DNA of 53,611 bases, from IMG/VR virus record IMGVR_UViG_3300021964_000093, positions 1 through 53,611 of that record; one strand, given 5' to 3'. Position 1 is the first letter of the stretch, and each line of letters opens with the position of its first letter. This DNA comes from a virus. Lineage: Duplodnaviria; Caudoviricetes. The notes under the pieces are model-generated. The model made no database searches, was not told where the DNA came from, and saw only the letters and a program-made list of their open reading frames with translations. The translations under genes were made by a program, and so were the position numbers. Below, piece by piece: positions 47,066-53,611 of the stretch.

Positions 47066-47292
47066 ACCGTGGGCCACGTTTTCCGACATCCAAATTATTA
47101 TAAACAACTAAAGGAGAAGTATGAACAAGAAGCAGCAAGCAACAAGCATGGAAACGACGATCCGGATCTTACACGAAGAGTGGGCCCTGAACCAGGGACT
47201 AAGATCCAAGCGTCAAGCTCCAAGCATCAAGCGTCAAGCAGCAAGCGTGGACGCAGAAATTTATAACGATTCAGATTACAGAGCGACAAGCA

Positions 47293-47661
47293 TCAAGCGT
47301 CAAGCACTGACAAAAATTCCAAGCAACTAGACCAACCCTGTTTCCGGGGGTCAAGCTTCAAGCCACAAGCTACAAGCTCCCGGATATCTTTTCCTTCATA
47401 AAGTTTTGGAAGCATGAGGCAGGCATCAAGAACTAAGATAAAAGTATTGAGTGGATGCTTCACGTGAAAGGCTATTTGGTGTGGAGAGAAGGTGACCTTG
47501 TTTGTTTTTGTAACTTTCAGCTCTATAGTGAAAAAGTGCCTATTATTATTATAGACCAATAGATCAGGAGTGCCGGGAACGCTAAGATTCTCCAGTCGAA
47601 TAAGCGAAAATTCTTTAAAATGTTTTTTAACTTGTGCATAAAATTTGGTTTCAGGTTTCAC
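47293..47661 (-). CDS. PD-(D/E)XK nuclease, Holliday junction resolvase/VRR-NUC-like
   Basis: E..F, RLEN, GTPDL, IELK, SPHQIAFH; GTG start. Confidence 0.75.
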   Translation of the reverse strand: MKPETKFYAQVKKHFKEFSLIRLENLSVPGTPDLLVYNNNRHFFTIELKVTKTNKVTFSPHQIAFHVKHPLNTFILVLDACLMLPKLYEGKDIRELVACGLKLDPRKQGWSSCLEFLSVLDA

Positions 47662-47681
47662 GTTATTTTTGAGTTAACAGG

Positions 47682-47906
47682 CTAACCAATTTTCTTCAAA
47701 ACTTTACCCATATTCCATGTTTCAGCTTGAACTGTAAAGACTAGTCGGTGTGACTCTCTAACTCCAATTAATTTATTTTCCATTAATTGTAAAGAGGAAA
47801 TATCATAAAATTTTCCATCAGGAAGACAAACTTGAACACGAGCATTTTGAGCTGTACCGTGTTTCATCATCTTATCCAAAACTTGTCTTAACATCTTACC
47901 TTGCAT
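47682..47906 (-). CDS. hypothetical protein
   Basis: 74-aa ORF, AGAAAG leader. Confidence 0.65.
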   Translation of the reverse strand: MQGKMLRQVLDKMMKHGTAQNARVQVCLPDGKFYDISSLQLMENKLIGVRESHRLVFTVQAETWNMGKVLKKIG

Positions 47907-48056
47907 AAAACTTTCTATTCATGGCGCTCAGTATCCACAGACAATATGAGTAAGAACTGCTTCGTAAGCCAGCGCCAATCAATTCAATGTTTATATGTAA
48001 TTAGGTGAACCAGTTTTTACCTAACTACAGTTGCATTTATATCATTGTTGTGTTAA

Positions 48057-48599
48057 ATGTCAAATATGGGTTTACCAAAAAAACTAACAGAACAACAAAT
48101 TAAATTTGCCAATTTATTAATATCTGAACAAGGTAGAAAAAGTGCCACAGCGTGCGCTATTGAAGCAGGTTATGCAAAAGAATCTGCAAGACAAGCTGCT
48201 AGTAAATTACAAAATCCAAAATTATATCCACTGGTAGTACAATACATTGGTGAGCTTAGAGATGAATGGCAAAAACAATACGAAGTCACATTTGGAAATC
48301 ACATAGCAGAATTAGGTAAACTTAGAGATGAAGCTAGAGATAAGAAAGCCTGGTCAGCTGCAGTTAATGCTGAAGTTGCGAGAGGTAAAGCGGCTGGGTT
48401 ATATATTGAGCAAAAGATAATTCGGACAGGTAAATTAGAAGACCTATCGACAGAAGAATTAGAATCCAGAATGAAACAGATAATAGACGATTATTCACCC
48501 ATACTTGAAGGAATGGAAATAGAAGAGTTAAAAGATAAAGTTCTGACAGAACCAAAAATAGTATCACCAGAAACAGAGGAAGATAACTCATTAGATTAA
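48057..48599 (+). CDS. terS: terminase small subunit
   Basis: LTEQQIKF..ATACAIEAGYA..A.KL..P.V..YI HTH signature plus oligomerisation helices. Confidence 0.75.
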   Translation: MSNMGLPKKLTEQQIKFANLLISEQGRKSATACAIEAGYAKESARQAASKLQNPKLYPLVVQYIGELRDEWQKQYEVTFGNHIAELGKLRDEARDKKAWSAAVNAEVARGKAAGLYIEQKIIRTGKLEDLSTEELESRMKQIIDDYSPILEGMEIEELKDKVLTEPKIVSPETEEDNSLD

Positions 48600-49012
48600 T
48601 CGTTTTCTTTTTTATCTAAATCATTTCTCAACATTTCAACTATCCAAGGATTGTCTCTAAATACCCCCATCATCACATTTGTAAGTTGATTGACTACAGC
48701 TTCTTCATGCTCATCTTTTTCTAATGGAGCTTTTTCTTGATTTAATCCTGCAACCTGCACTGCAGCATGCATTATTTCGTGTATGATTGTATTAGCTCTT
48801 TCTTGACCACATAAATCATGTTGTATACTAATAATATTTTGTCTGTAATCGTATTCACCAAAACAATCTGTCATCAACCATTTTTTATATTCTGGTCTAA
48901 CGTATTTTATTTTGATATCCTTGTAACCAACTCTTACACTATCGGGTAAGCCTTTAACTTCAACTTCAATTGGTTTTATATTCTTAAAATGTTTCGGTTT
49001 ATTTTTTTTCAT
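48596..49012 (-). CDS. HExxH metallopeptidase-like protein
   Basis: FGEYD...TIIHEIMHA...EEAVV. Confidence 0.7.
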   Translation of the reverse strand: MKKNKPKHFKNIKPIEVEVKGLPDSVRVGYKDIKIKYVRPEYKKWLMTDCFGEYDYRQNIISIQHDLCGQERANTIIHEIMHAAVQVAGLNQEKAPLEKDEHEEAVVNQLTNVMMGVFRDNPWIVEMLRNDLDKKEND

Positions 49013-49100
49013 AATTTTCCTATATACATATAAAGGGGTATGTATGTATATACATAAAAATCATTTTACCCCCCTCTTATAGGGTATCATACTATATAAA

Positions 49101-49200
49101 TTGTAACAGCATGTAACAGAATTGTAACAACAGAGCCTATCAAAAAACCTAGTGTTTTCAATACTTTTAGTAAATTGTAACAGTTGTAACACATGTAACA
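49101..49200 (+). repeat. six [T/A]TGTAACA direct repeats in AT-rich intergenic DNA (candidate origin)
   Basis: Copies at 49101, 49111, 49122, 49175, 49184, 49193. Confidence 0.7.
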
Positions 49201-49234
49201 CCTTTTTTATTTTTTTATTTTTCAAAATAAAAGT

Positions 49235-49924
49235 TTACCCCTTTTTCTGATTATATGTTACAAATTGGTCAACCTTACTGACCCATTTCCACATATATTG
49301 TTGAAATTCCTTATCTTTAACCACAAATTTCTGAAAATAGTTATCTTTAGTGCACATTAGAATCACTCCAGACTGTATTTTAGTGTCATAAACATGGTTA
49401 TGGGCCATGGCGTATGCTGCCAGTTGCGTGAAATAATCATCAATCCACTCTCGTTTCTTGATTTTATTGCTTTGCTTGAAATCTATGATAGACTCCCGGC
49501 CTTCATAAATACCCACTAAATCTGTGGCTCCAGCGTATAGACCTGGATAGTACAATGTTATCTCAGACCCCCATACTTCGTCCATAGAGCCCTTTAGACC
49601 CTCTTTAAAGATGGTTTGGGCCATGATGCCTGCTGCCTGACCCATGTCGCTTAAATCAGCGTGTCCTTCGCCCGTAATGTACCCTTCGATTATTCTATGC
49701 ATAATTGTACCACGAGCTGCTGCTGTATCTCTTATTTCATCTGCCTTATTTTCGCCTACTTTCTGCTTCCATTTAGCCAGTATTGCTTTCTTCTCATCTG
49801 ACTGAGTAGCCTGCAATATTGTTGTAACAGATGGTAACTTTTCGTTATTTACATCATAGTGACGTTGATCATTAATTAATGATCGTATTGACAGTGGGTA
49901 ATCAAATTTTTTATTCCATTTCAT
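49235..49924 (-). CDS. PD-(D/E)XK exonuclease (Cas4/MGME1-like)
   Basis: PSVTTIL, RGTIMH, YAGATD, IIDFKQS, QLAAYA. Confidence 0.88.
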   Translation of the reverse strand: MKWNKKFDYPLSIRSLINDQRHYDVNNEKLPSVTTILQATQSDEKKAILAKWKQKVGENKADEIRDTAAARGTIMHRIIEGYITGEGHADLSDMGQAAGIMAQTIFKEGLKGSMDEVWGSEITLYYPGLYAGATDLVGIYEGRESIIDFKQSNKIKKREWIDDYFTQLAAYAMAHNHVYDTKIQSGVILMCTKDNYFQKFVVKDKEFQQYMWKWVSKVDQFVTYNQKKG

Positions 49925-50094
49925 TAGTTTAATTCCTTCTCTGGTTTGCCGTGATACACTTCATACCAAGCTTCACAATCTTCATTAGGACATTGATACA
50001 TAGACACAATTAAAAATTCTTCTGTACCACAATCTTCTCCATCATAATCATTTTGCCAGACTAATTCAGTCTGGCAGGTAAAACACTTAGGCAT
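49924..50094 (-). CDS. small zinc-ribbon protein (56 aa, not in ORF track)
   Basis: MPKCFTCQTELVWQND...CPNEDCEAW...; TAATG coupling. Confidence 0.7.
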   Translation of the reverse strand: MPKCFTCQTELVWQNDYDGEDCGTEEFLIVSMYQCPNEDCEAWYEVYHGKPEKELN

Positions 50095-50821
50095 TGGGTG
50101 TTCCTATCATATTAAGGTTATATATTATTTTATTATTCAACTCATACTTTCCAATTATTTCTTTCCAACTGTAGTTGGGTAATAATTCTTTTATTAAATG
50201 TTGATTACCATTGGTGTGTTCGGTTTTAACAGTGTGGTACTCAGTCATGATAACTGGTTTATGTTTTTTGATAAGTTCTAATCCACCTTTAATTACAAAA
50301 TGTTCATGACACTCCACATCAATTTTAATTAAATCTAATCTATTCAAATGGTTAAATTTTTTATCTAACGTACATTTATAAATAGGCAAAAACCCTTGTT
50401 TCATTTCATCCATAAACTGTATTTTAGTATTACCGGTATTAATTCCTTCAACATCATATCTAAAATCATTCGTTACAAATGGACCATCTTCATCGGTTAC
50501 TGCTTCTTGAAACGTTTGTACATTTTTAACTCCATTGATAATGATATTGGTGTTTAATATTTGATTAATAAATCGCTGCATTTCAAATGCAAAAATATAT
50601 CCTTTAGGACAATACATTGCGAAAGGAATTGTATGCGTTCCAATGTGAGCACCTACTTCTATAACAACAGAGTTTGGTTTTAAGTGTTGAATACACTCGC
50701 GGTAAACTTCATTTTCCCATCCACCGTATTTTTTTAATGACTCTGGTATATAGAGATCATTACTAATGGTCAGAAATTTACCACGATTAGTATTAATCTG
50801 CTCTAATATCAATTTAGACAT
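50087..50821 (-). CDS. FkbM-family methyltransferase
   Basis: VIEVGAHIGTH, AFE, LIKIDVECHE. Confidence 0.88.
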   Translation of the reverse strand: MSKLILEQINTNRGKFLTISNDLYIPESLKKYGGWENEVYRECIQHLKPNSVVIEVGAHIGTHTIPFAMYCPKGYIFAFEMQRFINQILNTNIIINGVKNVQTFQEAVTDEDGPFVTNDFRYDVEGINTGNTKIQFMDEMKQGFLPIYKCTLDKKFNHLNRLDLIKIDVECHEHFVIKGGLELIKKHKPVIMTEYHTVKTEHTNGNQHLIKELLPNYSWKEIIGKYELNNKIIYNLNMIGTPNA

Positions 50822-51327
50822 TAGTATTTATTTTTTCTTAAATTGTCTAATCCCCACTCCGGTTTTAGATTTGAAAAGTGAAAACATTTCTTTTGTTCAC
50901 TTACCTTAGTCAAATCAAAATCAGCACAAGGTTTGATATGGTCAATATGCCATGCACCATAATTGTCCCAATTCATTCCTCTTTTAAATAACTTCTCAAT
51001 ATATTTTTTAAAGTCATCTGGAGTTAATCCAACTAAATCAAAAGTGTGTTGTGTCTTTTTAACATTGTTTCTTTTTAAAACACTCCACAATCTTGTTCTT
51101 AGGTTATTAGCTAATCTAAATCTTGGATTAGTTTCACGGTACTCTTTATGTTTACTCATCACATATTCATTTCGTCTGATTTTAGTTGAAGGTTCCATAT
51201 GCCATATTTGATTATACTCACGATTACATTCTTTACAGTAAGGTTGTAATCCATCTTTAGTAGATGCTTTTTTACTAAACTGTTTTATTGATTTAGTATG
51301 ACCGCATCTTGGACAGTGTTTAGTCAT
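50821..51327 (-). CDS. HNH-like endonuclease with N-terminal Zn finger
   Basis: CPRC...CKEC; WHIDHIKP...HFSNLKP...DNLRK. Confidence 0.75.
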   Translation of the reverse strand: MTKHCPRCGHTKSIKQFSKKASTKDGLQPYCKECNREYNQIWHMEPSTKIRRNEYVMSKHKEYRETNPRFRLANNLRTRLWSVLKRNNVKKTQHTFDLVGLTPDDFKKYIEKLFKRGMNWDNYGAWHIDHIKPCADFDLTKVSEQKKCFHFSNLKPEWGLDNLRKNKY

Positions 51328-51488
51328 TCCCAACTCGCTTTCTTGTCACGTTGATTTTTATACCATTCAAAAAATTTCTTATCAGTAAACCAATAAGCAA
51401 TTTGATCCGGCGGTACTTGGTCCGTTCTTATACAGTCGTATAAATTCTCGTATTCATGTTTTTTAATATTAGGTTTTTTTACTGCCAT
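51324..51488 (-). CDS. small hypothetical protein (54 aa, not in ORF track)
   Basis: MAVKKPNIKKHEYENLYDCIRTDQVPPDQIAYWF...; SD GAGGAGG, ATGA overlap. Confidence 0.65.
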   Translation of the reverse strand: MAVKKPNIKKHEYENLYDCIRTDQVPPDQIAYWFTDKKFFEWYKNQRDKKASWE

Positions 51489-51709
51489 GTGACCTCCTCA
51501 TAGTTTCCAAACAAAACATCTTCAGTAAATTCAAGTAATCTTTTTTCTGCTGGGACGAGTTTATTTCTGTCCCCTAAAAACATTTGTTTAGCTTGCAGCT
51601 CTTCATTGATTGAAACACAATCATCAAAATCAATTTGTACCCAAAACTTTTTATTGTTGACGTACTCTTGATTATTTATTTCTTTTTTGTTTTTCTTCCG
51701 GCCTACCAT
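51479..51709 (-). CDS. hypothetical protein
   Basis: ORF in a tightly packed operon. Confidence 0.55.
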   Translation of the reverse strand: MVGRKKNKKEINNQEYVNNKKFWVQIDFDDCVSINEELQAKQMFLGDRNKLVPAEKRLLEFTEDVLFGNYEEVTWQ

Positions 51710-51860
51710 CTTTTGTCCTTTCTCTGTTATTCCATCTACAGTCTATTTCCATTACATCATCATTTTTACCATAACATATTTTTATAACATGTCCTAGTTT
51801 ACTGGAGTCTATCCAGTGTTTTTTATAGTCTTTAATCACTATTGTTTTTCTAGTAGACAT
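51672..51860 (-). CDS. hypothetical protein
   Basis: ORF in a tightly packed operon. Confidence 0.55.
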   Translation of the reverse strand: MSTRKTIVIKDYKKHWIDSSKLGHVIKICYGKNDDVMEIDCRWNNRERTKDGRPEEKQKRNK

Positions 51861-52399
51861 TTATTCTTCCCTTCATCAATTTTTTTAAAATCATAAAGCA
51901 TCAATACATTTTCAATAATAGGCATTTCATATTTTGGATAATCATCAAATACAAAACGTGCACCAGACTCAGATCTATTTGCAAACCAAACTGCTTCAGT
52001 CATCACATCTTTAGTCATGTGTGGTCCATCAAAATGTACAAATGCAAATGTAGAATGTCGATGTTCGGTATCATTCATAAATTGCGTGTCTGTCATATTA
52101 CACAATGTAAATTTACCTTGATTGCGATACGGTTTAAAATCATTGAGCATGGTGTCTCGCATTTCATCAGTATAATCACAGGTATATGCGCCGGTATTGT
52201 CGTAATGTTGGTATTCTAAATTACCGTAAGGGTCAACACCCACATGAAGATAACTATTAATAGTATTATCAATGATAATCTTAGAGCCCAATCCTTCACG
52301 AACTCCAATCTCACAAGTTTTATAACCATTGCAATTAAAATTTTTAGTCCATTTATCCAATAGTTCATAATCGGTACTATCTCCTCTTATCATTTTCAC
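51839..52399 (-). CDS. class I SAM-dependent methyltransferase
   Basis: EIGVREGLGS, GVDPY, FVHFDGPH, FVFDD. Confidence 0.82.
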   Translation of the reverse strand: MKMIRGDSTDYELLDKWTKNFNCNGYKTCEIGVREGLGSKIIIDNTINSYLHVGVDPYGNLEYQHYDNTGAYTCDYTDEMRDTMLNDFKPYRNQGKFTLCNMTDTQFMNDTEHRHSTFAFVHFDGPHMTKDVMTEAVWFANRSESGARFVFDDYPKYEMPIIENVLMLYDFKKIDEGKNKCLLEKQ

Positions 52400-52658
52400 C
52401 TTTCTCTCTAAGTTTAAATTGTAGATATATTTTTTGTTTTCGTAACATATCTATTTCTTCCTCTAGTTTTTTGATATGTGCAACAGAAAGTAAATCTCTT
52501 TCTTTCTGTATGTTTTTAAATCTAGGTTCATCCATCATAATTTCTCCTTGTGAATTACATTGTGGACATTGGTGTATGGTTTCCGTCGGATTCTCTATTG
52601 ATTCCTTCACTCTGATATAACCGTTTCCATGGCATCTTGGGCATATCTCTTTTGCCAT
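52377..52658 (-). CDS. DnaJ-type zinc-finger protein
   Basis: CPRCHGNG...CPQCNSQG plus coiled coil. Confidence 0.7.
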   Translation of the reverse strand: MAKEICPRCHGNGYIRVKESIENPTETIHQCPQCNSQGEIMMDEPRFKNIQKERDLLSVAHIKKLEEEIDMLRKQKIYLQFKLREKGENDKRR

Positions 52659-52953
52659 AATTATCCTCCATTTCTTTCATTACTTTATTTATTTTCTTTC
52701 TAACTAAATTACCATCAAGTTCTGATAATTGACATACTGCATCAAAATCTCTGTTCGGTAATGTGACATAATCTAGTTCATGAAATCTTTTATTTTTGTA
52801 AAAATCAAAAAATTTCAATGTTGTAGATTTAATTTTAATTGCATCTGAAATAGCTGCAACTAATACATTTCTCCATAAGTTTCGAATTGGATTTACCTCA
52901 TCAAATTCTACTAATGTTTTAAATCCAAAATTACCTGGTTGATATCTTGCCAT
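52555..52953 (-). CDS. hypothetical protein
   Basis: RNLWRNVL..AISDA..DFDAVCQL. Confidence 0.65.
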   Translation of the reverse strand: MARYQPGNFGFKTLVEFDEVNPIRNLWRNVLVAAISDAIKIKSTTLKFFDFYKNKRFHELDYVTLPNRDFDAVCQLSELDGNLVRKKINKVMKEMEDNYGKRDMPKMPWKRLYQSEGINRESDGNHTPMSTM

Positions 52954-53104
52954 TTAACTTCCTCGCTTTCTCATTGATTATTATGTCTAATGCTTTGGCC
53001 CTTGATACCTGAACCTCTGGCACAATGATCTTTCTTATCTTGTCTAGCTTATTACAACTTTCATGTGACAATGCGACAGATTTGTATTTACTTATATCAG
53101 TCAT
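52931..53104 (-). CDS. small putative ribbon-helix-helix regulator (57 aa, not in ORF track)
   Basis: MTDISKYKSVALSHESCNKLDKIRKIIVPEVQVSRAKALDIIINEKARKL...; GAAAGGA RBS. Confidence 0.6.
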   Translation of the reverse strand: MTDISKYKSVALSHESCNKLDKIRKIIVPEVQVSRAKALDIIINEKARKLNGKISTR

Positions 53105-53164
53105 TATTATATCCTTTCATTTTTTATAAATAACAATATAGGATAATTATATTTTTTTACAAGA

Positions 53165-53416
53165 TTGTCAATGAAATTTTTACTTACTTTATATATATGT
53201 TCTCTAGTTACTGGTGAATGTGTTATGCCTAAACTAGAAGAATTAGATATTAAACAGTTTTATGGCACGCACTATGGTTGTGTACGTGCCGGATTAGGGG
53301 ATTCTTTTGAACTATTATTTGATGGTAAAACTTTCTCTGCAAATGTTATTGAGAAGATGGAGCTTTACCCCAAGTTTTCTTGTGAGAAAGTGCAGATTCC
53401 GGAGGAACCTGCTTAA
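53165..53416 (+). CDS. hypothetical protein with hydrophobic N-terminus
   Basis: MKFLLTLYICS...C...C...C pattern. Confidence 0.55.
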   Translation: MSMKFLLTLYICSLVTGECVMPKLEELDIKQFYGTHYGCVRAGLGDSFELLFDGKTFSANVIEKMELYPKFSCEKVQIPEEPA

Positions 53417-53478
53417 GTAATTTATACCACTGATCCCTGAGGCCTGGATCCTTAGTCTTGTTATACTCGTTGGCTAAC

Positions 53479-53604
53479 TTATCTGCCTTGACGGTTATAT
53501 TTCTTAAAATCTCGTTTCTCATTTTTATTCATCCTTTTTTTATGTTTCCCAGGTCTTTTCCTAGGCTTCGGTCTTTGTACGAAGTCTTTAAATTTTTTAG
53601 CCAT
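53479..53604 (-). CDS. very basic 41-aa protein (not in ORF track)
   Basis: MAKKFKDFVQRPKPRKRPGKHKKRMNKNEKRDFKKYNRQGR*. Confidence 0.55.
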   Translation of the reverse strand: MAKKFKDFVQRPKPRKRPGKHKKRMNKNEKRDFKKYNRQGR

Positions 53605-53611
53605 TTTTATT

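Larger units (their letters stand above)
46031..47380 (+). repeat. clusters of CAAGCNN heptamer repeats
   Basis: Arrays near 46031-46064, 46365-46420, 47126-47150, 47207-47248, 47281-47326, 47352-47380, all in the same orientation. Confidence 0.85.

Noticed and set aside
47069-47330. Two overlapping + ORFs (65 and 69 aa)
   Set aside because: Largely translations of the heptamer repeats; one may be real but I cannot choose between them
46031-47380. CRISPR array or mini-array
   Set aside because: Units are 7 bp and tandem, with no 25-45 bp repeats or unique spacers; the Cas4-like nuclease is a common stand-alone phage exonuclease
1-53611. Prophage, integrase or alternative genetic code
   Set aside because: No integrase, att site or host genes seen; genes tile densely under the standard code. 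DNA polymerase, primase and endolysin were not recognised and may lie outside the window

Overview
This window is most of the genome of an AT-rich lytic tailed phage with podovirus-like morphogenesis. Gene content and composition resemble marine SAR11/Pelagibacter-type phages, but that host call is inference. Most genes lie on the minus strand in one long late block: terminase large subunit, two large putative head proteins, portal, small basic proteins, GroES, scaffold, major capsid, adaptor/tail proteins, three Kelch-repeat fibre proteins, a modification cluster (four 2OG-Fe(II) oxygenases, a sulfotransferase, a ParB-like protein, two glycosyltransferases), a Hint-domain protein, ejection proteins and Hsp20. 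An SNF2 helicase lies at the left end. The right part holds small early genes, a separate opposite-strand terminase small subunit, nucleases and methyltransferases. Five observations stand out: (1) a shared R-x-x-[hydrophobic/N/K]-x-x-G-[G/S] motif across seven late proteins; (2) Pro-rich variable propeller loops next to candidate hydroxylation, glycosylation and sulfation enzymes; (3) an ~330-nt structured, G-U-rich candidate ncRNA with a possible pseudoknot at 45.68-46.01 kb; (4) strand-biased CAAGCNN heptamer arrays; (5) a non-splicing Hint domain. All calls come from reading motifs by eye; no searches or folding programs were run.
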